From Fimbriosthenelais zetlandica (Eukaryota): a stretch of 64,000 nt of DNA. Location: the NCBI GenBank assembly GCA_977030845.1, contig OZ365109.1, forward strand, positions 53,692,001 through 53,756,000, written 5' to 3'. The notes beneath the pieces were generated by a model. The model ran no database searches. It was not told the origin of the DNA and was given only the letters and a program-made list of their open reading frames with translations. The position numbers and the translations under genes were made by a program. The number at the start of each line of letters is the position of its first letter. Positions within the stretch are counted from its first letter, which is position 1. Shown here piece by piece: positions 14,386 through 27,630 of this stretch.

Positions 14386-17300
14386 CAGCATCAGCAAGAG
14401 CAGGAGAAACAGAAAAGGGGGTCGTTTGGAGCTCCTGCATTCTAGCTTCTTCAGCTTTAATGCACCAGGGGCGCTTGTGTAGGTGGTGGGGGGAGCAGGC
14501 CTGGACAAGCAGCATTGGAGCCAGGCTAGTTGTATATTAAGGGAAACTGGCTTTTGGATCATTCTCAATAACCCCATTCCTCCTTCCACCCACCAAAAGC
14601 TTTCAGAACTTCCAGGCCAATATGAATGATACATTTCAGATGGGCTTATTCCCAATGGTTAGGTTGGATGACCATATCTTTATTGAGTCAATTTTAAAAT
14701 GTATTATTGTTGAGGTCTATATTTTGTTTAGCTTATTTTAAACCCAATTCATGCCCACATTCTTGTACGGCCTGTTCATGCCCACATTCATTATACAGAG
14801 TGCTTCCCCATATTCACTCTATCTGATTTTTAAAAGTGGCTCAAATCCTAACCATAGAAATCAAATATATTCAGATATATTATAGCTCTACACCCACGTA
14901 CTATACTAAATTCAGGTTACAATGCATGACATGAATCAGATAAGGGACATGTCTCCTAATAGATAATATGCAACATAGATTGCCTAGGCTAATGTAGGGC
15001 ATCTCTGTTATGAAACAGACCCCAGATCGCAGGGAAAGATGGTTGTCCCGATGAAAATAATTAGGAGCGAAGGTTCATTTATTGGGAACAGACAGGCCTG
15101 ATGTAACCAATCAGCAGGTGATCCAACATCATGTAATGTGCCATTTCTGGAAGTGAATAAGTTAACTTCATTTCAGAACCTACGAGACCTTCATTAGGAC
15201 CTATAACATAGTAAATGGAAATATTTACACGGATTTCTCATCCACAAAGCCTTCAAAATGATCCAAGACGTTAGAATTAAGTTTTTATGATTTTAAGGGA
15301 ATAGTGTTATTGCAAAGCAATGCTTTAGCCTATAACATTGCAATGACCCCAATGTAATAATACACCAAACAAGTTCAATGTGATAGAATAACTTTAGGAC
15401 TACCTAAATTATATAGATTGACCTTGTAACAAAGATGTTGCCTTGCAATCCCAGCAGAGCCTAATAAGAGTTCAATTTGTACTGGTAAGAGTATTAAGAT
15501 ATTAGAGGGCTGACTAGATCTAGATAACCTCGCCAAGGAAGGGTGGCCACGTGCCTGGTATCAAGCCCCAGTCTAATTGATATTCTCATCAAGCACGACT
15601 TTTGGGAGCTGGATAGAGCTTCTTTGACTGTGACCTAATTTATCACTACATGATGACAAGATCGAGCAGGCCAAAAAGGAAAAGGAGGGGGGTACGGTGA
15701 CCGTGGAGGGCCTCCTGGAGAGCCAGACAACAGCACCCTGGATAGTGGGCGGGTGGGTGGGTGGATGTGGGGTTGATGGAAGAGGGGGCTATTTAGAACA
15801 GTGACTGGGGTGAGTGTGGGGGCTGAGGAATGTGGATGCATGATGAAGGGGGAGTAAAGGACGAGAGAAGAGCAATGACGAGCAAGAGAAGGAATGGCAG
15901 TTATAAATGTTAAAGATAATGATTGTATGATGAATGAAAGAACAAATCGAAACTCAAAGAAACAGAGATGAAGTAGATATCATGACAAGAAAATCTAATA
16001 CATAGATTGCATGGGAATGGGACAGCGAAGGGAAAGGGGTTGAGAATTGGAATTGAAGTCATAAAAACGAAAATTACAAAGATTATGTTCATCAGATGCA
16101 TTGAATGATCGAGGCGAATACACTCACCATCATACTTGGACAAGTATAGGGATTACACATGCAGCAAAATGAAGAGTACTGTTATGTGTGCATCAAAAGC
16201 GATGGGTGGGTTTTTAGGAGGGTCACACAGGGAGAAGCCCGTATTGTAATTGACAGGCACGTGCTGTTGACATGCACATGTTGACTTGTGGTTGACTTTT
16301 TATTTAACATGCAACGAGTGCAAACTCCGTCATGATCCCATTCCACTAGGTCGGACATTTTGTTCAATGATACAACGAAGACAAGCAATTGGAACAAAGT
16401 AAATATTTATAATAAATTGTGGAAAAATAAATATCCATTGTAAAACTTAACACGGGACACTGATGGACCCCTCCTGCGTTGGCATAGAGCAATACAATGC
16501 ATTCTTTATGATAAAAGCTATAGTGGAGTTGTAAAAGGTTGACCCTAGGCCATCAATTTAATTTTATTTCCGCCCCAACACCTGTACCTTTCCAGATAAA
16601 AAAGATTCACACGTTTAGATAAGATTGTATGGGTGACATATGATAACTGGGCTGGTTAAGATCCCTTTCTTCACGCATAGAATGCTTATTGAATGAGAAA
16701 GTTTTTAATAATACGTGAGTGAATGAGGGAGGTGTGAGGGGTTGGACGTGGGCGTTTCATTGATGGAGTGACCCCCCATAGTGACCAGGTGTTGTTATTT
16801 GGAGCTACCAAGGTGCTGTACTCAATGCCAGGGGCTCTATCAGCCCACCTGAATACCCATCTCATCATTGCCACTCGACTCTTTGACCATTTATTCCCAG
16901 CTTTCACTGGCCTCAGATCATTTCCTTGATCACAATTTATAAAACCTACTTTACTTTTCGGTTATTCCCATAACATTTTATAGTACATTAAATTTAATTA
17001 TCACGGAAACAGACAGCTCCTACGCTAAAGAAATGCACCTTTTAAACATGAATGAACTCAATAATTACCCAAACACCCAAGCAATTGATGACCAGTGGTT
17101 CCTCAAACAAATACATTGCTCGAGGCACTACCTCTGCATCACAAAAATAAAGATGACATTTTTATCTTCTAGCACGAAATTCAAGACCATCCCAGCAGTG
17201 TATAGTCCAGAAGAAAATCTAAAATTCAATAGGGTGTTTAGGACAAGTCTAGGTTGGACTTCACCACAGAGGATTGAATGATCCAGTCAAAGCACCCCCA

Positions 17301-17995
17301 CCCACCTTCCCCTGACTCTCGGCACCTTGCTCTATGTACCGTAATACCGTGAATTACACCTGTGCTGCCACAGGCTCGAGGGAAAACTCCCGCCTGTATG
17401 CATGCTAATGACAAAAAACTAAAAAGGCACAAAAACTAGTTGTAGTGTGACCCACATTCTCCCTGCCGGGATATCATATTTTGTCAAGCAACATGCGTTT
17501 GCGATCACCTGCAGGGGCTCGGAGGCAACTTCTTGCCATTTCAAAATTTACATTGGGTTCTTCAGAGATATGAAAATGAGTCTCGGTGAATCCTGCCTGC
17601 AGACATACGTAGGGTAAAACGCAAATACAGAAGTTTATCTAAAATCCCTTTAGGCTCTGAATATTAAAATCGACGAAGAACGTTTATTTACTATTCCCAG
17701 ACCTGTTCCCTGACCAGTTTTTAGCTACATTTCCCTGTAAGATATTTGTTTGATCTTGTTTCTTGTTTGTAGGTGATGTCAATGTCATATTGACTTCTTG
17801 CTTCAGAATAAACAGGTGAGGGGTTTTTGACAAGATTTGGCCCACAGCTATATAAACATTTCCTAGTATATGAATGATCTCATACTACTATAAAAGCACC
17901 CAGTCGCTTTTACTGATATTAAAGTATGCAAAAGATTTGTAAAAAGGATTTGTTACCTGGTTTTGATCCTTTAAATATCTGGCACAGAAATGGGA

Positions 17996-18021
17996 ACTTA
18001 CCTACAAAACGAAAGGAAACA
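17996..18021 (-). other. Candidate recursive splice site (ratchet point)
   Basis: Minus strand reads tgtttcctttcgttttgtag|gtaagt. Confidence 0.6.
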
Positions 18022-20755
18022 ATATATTATTATTTTAAACAAATTGCATTTTAAGACCTATTTCAAAAATAAGTACATGGCCATGATACGCAAGTGTCTT
18101 TCATCAATCTTTATTATCAAACGATAACAATTCAAGATATCAAACATTGCAATAGAACGCAAAACTGAAGCTAAAATTTTCTATGATCTACATTTTAGAT
18201 AACGATGTAGATATAACATTTTGATCAAATTTAATACATAATATTAATTTTAAGCTTTGACTTTATTTAAATTGAAAGTGAAGTACTGTTCACAAATTAA
18301 AGGAGTATGACAATATGTATGTATACATGATAATGTATATGTTAAAATGAGTGTCACATTCCAATATAGAACACATCGGATTCCCATGGCAACCTAAGCG
18401 TTAACAAGATATGCCTTTAGTCCCATCTCCCACAGACGTATGGGAAGTTGACACCAATGTGTGGTCGAGTTAGATCTATTTTCAGAGGTGACAGATCAGT
18501 CTTGTTAATCAGACTGATATGCTGACGACAGCTGTGACAGCCCTCCCACACAGTATGACAGTATTAACGAGCCTACTGTCAAGTACTCATTGTCAGTACC
18601 TTTGAGGGCAGTTATTCAGTCTGATTTAATGAAGAATGCATAAGACACGCTACCAGTCAACGTTCATACATGAATGAACTGTGATATCATTCAGAAAGAT
18701 TTAAATAGCAGGTCTTTCTAGAATTTGAATCAATCTATATCATTCCTGCTTGAACTATACCAGGGGACTGTTTCAAAAGGAATCGTACTCAAAAGTTTTT
18801 TGGGGAGGGGGTTGGGGTGTTACTCCCGGCTGGCCACACAACTCAGCTCTTGCTCTAACTGCTGTAAGCGGTAAAGTTGCCAGAAATTAATCAATCTTGC
18901 ATGGGGCAGGAAGATGGAGAGGGAGAGATTAGCTGTTGGTGGGAGATGTGATTGGCTATCTCTAATAGATCACCACGTCTACTTGACATTCACCTGACCT
19001 GAACAAGCGTCCAGCAATGTACCGAGAGCAAGGAACCAAGGGACAGGGATTAACGCTGGTATTAAGCTAATCCTTAATGGACGAACAGAGCCTGGAAAGT
19101 ACAATACAAATACCGGCAAATTATCCACTAATACTCAGAAGCATTGTCGAAAGCCTTTAAAATGTACTTTACGTGTTGGGAAATTGAGGTGCACTCATTC
19201 TTGAGGCCGGGCCTCCGATCCATCAGCACCATACAAATGAACATTTTAACAATTCATTTTCTCGAACCATTTTCTAAAGGTTAAAAATGCAAGCGAAGAG
19301 GCCCATTGAACACAGGCACAACATTTGCCAAAGGCCATCAGAAGCTCTTCACAGGCTCGCGCTTAAGTGTAGAAGTTGCTTGGAGGCTTTTTGGTGGTTG
19401 TTGGAGAGAGGAGAGTGTGGACAATGGACTATAAAAGTGGGGAGAAATGACCAGCAGTACTTAATAGCAGCTTGACAATAACCTCCCTAGACTGACCCTA
19501 GCTCACAATGCACCCAGTGACCCCGCTTAATGCCTCTATATATTCATAGAATGCATGAGTAGGGAAATGGACTCAATGGTCGACAAAACATACTTAATTT
19601 AACCCCTCTCAGAGTACCCTACCCATATGAAACCTCTATAATTAACCACCAGTAATTAGGGTTGGTGTACACAAGCATATTGTCAGGAGATGGGTATGTC
19701 TTTAATTTCTGCCACCGAAATTTATTGGTTAATGCCATCCATTTTGTTGTCAATAAAATGCAGACCATTCGTGCCTCTCACCAGGAAAGAATTGATTCAT
19801 AAGAATGGTACAAGTGTAATTTTCTTTATTTTTCCATTTAAGCTAGACTATATTCATTATGAGAAAATAATTCTATGAAGTAAAAACATCATAATACAAT
19901 AATACATATCATTAATTGTGGGATTAGTGCCTCTATTACAAGTTGAAATATATCAGGACGAATCTGGGTTAACCAGGCCATGGAAAAGCACAAATTAAGA
20001 CATCCCGTGTGAATTAAGGAGGCATCACTCTTGAGGATACGCTACATTCAATAGGCATTCCAATTGGGAAAATAGTCATGGACTTTGTCATTTAAATGAT
20101 TTAGTTCCACAATATCTAAGTTACAGTTCTGAATGGTTGTTATCTCCTTGATTGTCAGAGCAAACCCCATTTATCAGAAACCCTCGGGACAGCCATCTTC
20201 AACCTAGGCCACGCCCCGAACTGTCATTCAAGATCCCTAAACACAAGGGTCACATCCTTAATATGAGAGTAAACTCCCAGGTGTGATACGAGTAATTCAA
20301 ATGTCAGTGACGTCAGAAAGGAGAAAGTAATCAGATGTACTTCAGACAGGCCAAAAAATAATTATACTATTATTTTTTATAATCAATTTCCACTTTCAAA
20401 TCCAAATGGGATAAGGCAAAGAAAAAATTCACGAGTTTTATGATTGTTTTTTAAAGAACGGGAATGTTTTTCATTTTCAATTTCAGCGTGCCTCCTTCTC
20501 TTCCAGAAATGACTGACAATTTGCTGACTGGACCGTAATATCCATCCATCCATTATGATATTTTATAAGGACATCGAAGCAGCAAATCAAATGCTAAATT
20601 TTCCTGGCCTTTGGGTTGACTGTGGTGGTGGCCAGGGGCTGCCAGCTGGGCGGTCACCGGCCAGTGGTCAGCTCTCACTGACCACTGGCAGCTGTCAGTC
20701 TAGTGAAGGTAGCCAGCATTGTCTGGAGTGAGTAGCCACCAGTCAGTACCCACCA

Positions 20756-20797
20756 CGGGTGAGTAACCCTAACACCGGGTGAGTAACCCTGACACCG
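20756..20797. repeat. 20-bp tandem duplication (cgggtgagtaaccct[a/g]acac) x2
   Basis: Direct reading; period 20. Confidence 0.9.
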
Positions 20798-21712
20798 CTC
20801 ATACAGAATGACATGTTATAAAGTATTCAACACCTTTACAGGCCAGACACAAATTGCCTGATAAGGGTTCATTTATTTTGGTTGACAGGAGTTGATAAAG
20901 AAGGTAAATATCGTAATTATATTAAAATGCAGGGGCGTGATAGACAGCTCCTGAACGAGTGATGCATGTAAGGAAACCTGGATGGTGGTAATAAATATTA
21001 ATTATGACAGCCAAAATAACTGAATGTAATTAATGACAACGTTAACTGAAATAGCAAGAAACTTATGGCTTCTTTTCATCGGCACAACCAACTGTCTTCA
21101 ACGGAAACTCAGTGGACAATGTTTGGTTGTGTAATGGACGGAATCTGCTCTCAGATTTTGTCAAGTATAACCAGCCAACCCTCGACATAAGGCTGTATGA
21201 CCACTCTAATTCTGTCACTATGTTAAATTGGAAAATGGCAGCAAATGTTTTGGTGCCATTTTGCAATGGCTAATGCAATGTTGTTCTATGACCGTTCCTC
21301 GCATCCAGCCAATTGCACAAGCATCTGACGTCTATACAAGCTCAATGAAGGTTCCACATATTTCGGGGAATATATAAGCGAACCTTCGTCATAAAAAATG
21401 CCACTCATTTGCAACGGTATGGAAGTGTCGCCAGATGTACAGTAGCCCTCGCCACCCACCACACAAACACTGTCGCCAAGCCTCTGCGATTACATCAATT
21501 ACATCAGTCTGCACATCCCCCTGTAGGCCTATTTGGCACAGAGTCAATATAAAATTTCAAGGTGGGACTGGCATCACAAATCAAATCTGTATACCCCAAG
21601 ATGGCCTGGCATCAGATGTGCATAATTAACTCACTAACGTTAAAAGTAGTAACAGCAAGCAAGTGTGATTGATAGGCACATTCCCTCCATACAAGCGACA
21701 AGGTGCTACTGA

Positions 21713-21793
21713 ATTACCATAGCAACTGAAGTTGATGCCCACAGTGATTAGAAAGTGTCATCAAAACATGTATAGAATAGTTTCCATGGTAAC
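21713..21793. promoter_or_regulatory. Pair of RFX X-box motifs
   Basis: ATTACCATAGCAAC 21713-21726 and GTTTCCATGGTAAC 21780-21793. Confidence 0.45.
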
Positions 21794-21879
21794 GGTAGGG
21801 ACTCAGGTGATATAAGGATAGGAATGATAGCAGGAGGTGCCACCCACTCATTAGGCTCTAATTTGGGCAGACACATGCT

Positions 21880-22012
21880 GGCCTAGAGAGGGGCTGGAGG
21901 TGCATGGGGGATGGGGAGGAAATGAATAGTGAAGAGAGATGATGGTGGTGAGAGGGGAGAGTAGTGCACGAGAGGAGGGGATGGGCAGGGGAAGAGGAAG
22001 ACGGAGAGGAAG
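21880..22012 (+). repeat. Purine-rich low-complexity tract
   Basis: Direct reading. Confidence 0.7.
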
Positions 22013-22960
22013 TGTCAATATCATCCTATTTTAATGACAGGCCTAATTGGCACGTGTGTCTGTAATGAAAATCACAATTGAGGGACAACCTTAAGAGTTT
22101 AAGCTGGAATATAATATTGGATACATATTAAAACGAAAAGTTATTGTCATGGCCTTGGTAGAGTCATTGGACCATTACAGTTAATAAACCCCAAGGCGTT
22201 CTTACACCTTCACTGAAAGAAAATTGGAGTTTGATTGTTTTCTGCCAGAAGGAAGCGGACCACCTGTGGAACAGACTTGACTTCACAAAAGCATATGCTC
22301 GGCACCCATTGACAATGGCTGTTGATAGACAGCTGCTAATGATTTCGGGCTTATATAGATGAACTGATTTAACCTTATAATTTGAGAAAATCATTTCACT
22401 GCGATTGCATGTATTGACCTTGTTGTCTCCGAAATACTGATGGCATATGCCTATATGACCAGACTTTGTCATTGCCAATTTTCTAAAGAGCTGTAATACA
22501 CGTTCCTATATATGTATAGCTGGAGGCTGAAAACTGCCATTTGGATGTTCATATGAAGAGAGACCATGGGCAATTTACCAGACACGAGCTTGTTAGGAAC
22601 GAGTCAATAAATCCATACCGACCAAGCCGTGATCGAGTGTGATGATCAATAGATGAGGCACACATAAGATAGCGGAATCAATGGGCGAAGAAAAGACCAG
22701 GCAGACTTTATCAGATTTTTAATCTTGCATGGATTTAAGTTACAGGATGAGAAGCAAGTGAGGGAAGGTGAGAGATCGATATAGGCTGGAATGGGTCGAT
22801 TAGACAAGGGATATAACCGAGTCTGAGCATACTCATAGATCTATAGGACTGGGGTGGGTTCATCGGATTATGCTGATGGTATTCTGTGCAAGGTAAATGT
22901 ATGTATGGAGAACATAGAGGAAAATTAATATAATGGCAAGATTGACAGAATAGGAGATGT

Positions 22961-22999
22961 GAAGGAAGGAAAGAAGGAAGAACGGAAGGAAGGAAGGAA
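22961..22999. repeat. (GGAA)n microsatellite
   Basis: Direct reading. Confidence 0.9.
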
Positions 23000-23995
23000 T
23001 GGCATAACATATAAAGTGAAAATCTTTGAAAAGATGGATGTAAGGGTTCCATATATTTGCATTAAGGCAATATGCCATCTATACCACAATGGATTCTTGC
23101 AATGGAAACCACACACTTCTATACCTCGAGTATAACATGTCCCCACAAAGCCCTTCAATTCTACCACACCATCCCATAATAAGAACGTTGTAACTGATTG
23201 TCTCCAGGCCTCATTGCAACGGGAGATTCATCACACATTTTTCATATGAACATCATTTCCGCAACCACTTTGGGAATCATGGGGAAAATACTTCAGCAAA
23301 TACTGGTGGTAGGTGAAAAATCCATTCAGTGGTAATGGTATGGTGTAAGTGGTAACCTTACTATAGAATCCAATCCCATTTCCATTTTACCCATGTCCGG
23401 TCCGTATTAGACCAGCATGTATCATATTCCACTGTCCTATTTATACCTTCACTCAAGTATCCCTAGCTGCACGTGCTCTTCAATGTCCTCCCCTTTCTAT
23501 GAATTCCAATCAGAATTCCTAGCTGTAGAACATGTACTTCTATTCAACTTTATGATTTCATTATTTGAATTACATAATATTATTATTTAGATTTATATAA
23601 TATGAATTACATAATTATTTAATGCGATAATAAATTAAAGTTACTTCTAAATTAAATAACTAGACTTCAAAGGGCAGGAGCCATTTTTGTCGCCATTTTT
23701 GGGGTTCCCTATAACCAAATGGAAAAGAACGAAGCGGGGTAGGGTTACTTTTGTAGTCGGTTGATTATTGGCCACTTTCACTCTATTAATAATCGTTCCT
23801 AGATTTTGACCCCTGTGATTTAACCCTGCTCCAGTGGTCATCGATTGTGGCTGACCAGTGGGTAGTGGAGAGGAGGGGGTTTTCGGGATAGAGGGGACAG
23901 TGTGGGTAGGGTTGAGAGATCTGGGTGGATTGGTTGTACTTGTAGCTTCCAACCAAACTACCCCTTCCCTCACCAATAGACAGACACAGAGCATA

Positions 23996-24456
23996 GACTC
24001 TGAGTGTCAAAGCTAAGGCCTGTCCCTCGAACCAGCTATCAGTAACACCCCCCCCCCCCCCCCACCAACAACCTACAAGTACCCCTACCCCTGTGCATAT
24101 TCACCTCTTCACACTACCCCACCCCCTTCCCTATCCACCCGGCAGAGCCTCTGTTGCATGTGTGATGTGTGAAAGCTAAAGCCTGTCCTGTGCCCCCCCC
24201 CCCCACCCCCCACAACTCTTAGCTTTTACCTGGAGTTTGCTTTACGCTTCACTGGATTTCTGCGAGTACGCCCGGTTCAGTGTACATGTATAGCACCCCC
24301 CCCCCCCCCCGCCCGCCCACGCCCACCCCTGCTATAGGCACACACTGGCAGCATTGTCTGAGGGGTGTAGTATTCGTAGTGAGGGTCTGTTGCGTGTGTA
24401 AAAGCTAAGACCCGTCTTGTACCTCGAACCCGCGTAGCTTGCGGTGGGTTCGAGGT
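23996..24456. repeat. Diverged three-unit repeat (core aaagctaa-cctgtc) interleaved with poly-C tracts of 12-16 nt
   Basis: Core at about 24009, 24172 and 24400. Poly-C at 24048-24063, 24193-24204 and 24296-24310. Confidence 0.7.
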
Positions 24457-27090
24457 TTCACATTCAGGCTTCTGAATACACACATAGGCTACCTCTGTAA
24501 CAGTATACATACATGTATTTGGCATACATGTATTTTGTAAACTGGTAGCCATTTCTCGCACAGATCTAATATGGCTTTTACCTCCACGCTGTCAAAAACC
24601 AAACAACTAGCCGGTTTTGTCGCCAACTATAGTTGCCTCATACAGTTAAGACTGAAATTGTGCATACTCTTTTCAAATTTTGGGGATACTTTATAATGCC
24701 ATTATGGAACATACTAACTCTTCAGATTAAGTCAACACTAGAAATAATTTAGGGCTTAACACAAAGCAATGCCTCGTGACGAGACCACCTAACTGGCCAA
24801 ATATTATTTCTTGCTACATAAATATTCAATAGTTTAGCCAAGAGAATCATATGCATCATGGAAGGTGCTACTGGACACAACAAAACGTTTATGATTAGCT
24901 CAAGTGCCACGTCATTTCTCCAAGGGAATAAAGCCTTCCCAATGTGTGGTCTAACCTACGGAATATGTACAGAACATGTGCAAAAAGTACATCATTGTAG
25001 GAACCCATTGCCTGCCAGCTCCTCCCCAGGGGCTCATGTGGTCAAATTAAACTACGATACACAATGTGCTGTATATTTTTTATGTGGTTGTAAAAACATG
25101 ATGTACACGGGTCTATAGTCACTAAGCCGAAATATGAAGAGACGCAGGTGAGAAAAATTCGTGTACATAGGTCGTCTCTTATCTCTTATTGGAGTTGGTT
25201 ATCATATGAATTCCTTTAGATCAGTACCTTATTAAGCACGTATTAAACTTTTAAAATAACAATAGTGAACCTCGGTGGGTGCCAAAATAACCATCTAATG
25301 TTGGACATTACATTTGTGGTCAGGAAGTCTCCGGAGGACCAGAGAGATATCAATAGAGATATAGATAGAATAAACCAATAGCTTTATCTGTTTATAGGCT
25401 TAGTGGGGCCCAGATTTAAAGAGTGGGCACTGCTGGGCGAGATATAAAATGAGATAGGTACTGCTCATTCATGATCCAGCCTGTCTCATGGGAGAGGAAA
25501 GGTTGTTTTAATAATGAAAAACTGGAACGTAATATAGAGAACGAGAGAGGTCATCGTCATCTAAAACGCAGTCAAGGATTAAGTACATACTTAAGCCATA
25601 AACCAAGTACTTTTAATCACACTGGAATAAATATATGACCGTTTTATCAGATTTTATGTTCAGAATACAACTGGCCTAGATATGGCAGTTGTACAAGTCA
25701 TATCTCAAAACTGCAGGACTGTATGGTGCTCTCAATACACTTGGCATAAGAACGTAGGCTTTATGGATTTTATGCCCTCAAATAATCGATGGTTATTGTC
25801 TATTATAAATTTACAGTAATAATGTTTATGGCGAGTCATTGAGATAAATATGAGGTAGGATAAAATTATATGCAACTATATAATCCACTAAATGTTTTGT
25901 GATACCATAGTATTTTTTCTCATCCATGAATAGGAAAGGTAACGCATTTGCTTTCCTTACAAGTGAAATAGTGCAGCTAGAGTTACTCCAGATGACAAAA
26001 AAATGTATTCCCAACTGCAAAGAGATAAATGAAGAAGCAGAACCAGGATGATGCCATGGCTTTGAAGGCAAGAAAAAGAAGAGCTCTAGACAGACGTGCA
26101 CAGTATCAAAGGTTGGTAAAGGAAAACATTGGAAGGAGTGACCCAATATGACAGATAGCGTCTGAGACCTGCTCAGCCAAAGAGATGCTCCCAGTACTGC
26201 CAGGGAGCAGGTCACTTGAATACAAACCCAACCGAGCATATCCAAATCATAGTTCACCGATGACTTGAAAGGGAGACAGAGGTAAGGGAGGAGAGGGGAT
26301 GGAGAGTGCATGACTCCTTGATTTTGGATCTATAATTCTGAAATCCATTTTTTCAGATGCCCAGTACCAGATGCCCTTGGTACTACTGTTTTTTTTTTTC
26401 AGATTTCACATTTATGAGATATTGCAAAATTAATTTATGCATACATTTTGGAATTTGGTAGGAATCGAAGTCCATTTGACTCGGAAAATTGGCCTTTCCA
26501 ACAGTGAATATCTTCCCTTTGAAAATGGGAATATAAAGATAAAAAAAATCTCCCATACACAGCCATCGTCTGGGGCATCTTAATGGTGCTATTGCCATAC
26601 ATCACTTTGGTGGGAAAACAGAACAAACAGTAAGAATGTTCTCCAACTGTAGGTGATTTTAAGGTCTCTCAACTTTGCTATATTTTTGCTCGTGTGACTA
26701 ATGTGTGATGGAGCTCCTGTGCGACATAATGACTTTTTGGACCACCGTATTGATTATACTGGCGCAGATGGGCTGTGCTTCAGGAATGGGGTGAAAAAAT
26801 AAAAGGTCAGGAATACAGCCATGGGTCAGACTAGGATGGATGGCCAAAGGAAGTTCACTTTTATCCTAGAGAATATAGATTCCAAGATAAATTCTAAATA
26901 GAAGTAGAGAAGAAAAAAGTGGTATTTTGAGAAAAGATTGCAATATGAAACAGCAAGCCATCTGTGACATATCAGAGCTTTAAGCCCATCTACCTCACTA
27001 TAATAAGATGGAAGGAGGTTTCATGTAAAAAAAAGTTTGACCAAAGTCTTTTCTGACTTAAGCAGCCCATATAGACGAGCCATTTCAATG

Positions 27091-27104
27091 GTTACCAAGG
27101 CAAC
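27091..27104. promoter_or_regulatory. RFX X-box motif
   Basis: GTTACCAAGGCAAC, a near-palindromic consensus match. Confidence 0.35.
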
Positions 27105-27376
27105 TCTACATGTAGACAGACCACTTGGTTCAGAGTATCATGGCTAGTGACTATCAAAACCTCAGAGAAATTCAGACCACGCCAGGCTAGCCAACCCCAT
27201 CTAGCCACTTATCTTTTTCTGCCTTTTTAATGGCGAGGCGAGAGTCTCGTCAGGTCAATACTAATGTGTTCACTGTGTTATAGAGATGAGTTTTTCTTGC
27301 CAACTTTGAAAGAGTTACTTGTGAATATATAGGACTGGTGGAAAGGAACCATGCATTGTCCTCCGAATGGAAAACT

Positions 27377-27630
27377 AGAGAGAGAGAGACAGACACCCCG
27401 ACAGACAGAGAGGAAGAGTGTGCGAGGGATGAGGGAATTGAGAGGAGGAGCAAGGAGGGAGTGGATATGCAGATAGGGTGCATGGAAAGTTGACTGAGGG
27501 AGTGATGGAAGGAAGGTATGGAATGGAGGGTATGGGAAAGATATATGAAGAGAGAAAGGGAATGATTCGGAAAAGACAGATAGAAAGAGATAGGAGTTAG
27601 AAAGTGGAAGAGGCAGAAAGAGTCAGAAAG
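27377..27630 (+). repeat. (GA)n and purine-rich low-complexity tract
   Basis: Direct reading. Confidence 0.75.

Noticed and set aside
14338-14655. Poly-Leu ORF resembling a signal peptide or transmembrane helix
   Set aside because: Produced by the (CTC)n reading of the GGA repeat, and it ends in a stop right after the run.
24440-24456. B-box-like GGTTCGA suggesting a tRNA gene
   Set aside because: No A-box or cloverleaf could be built.
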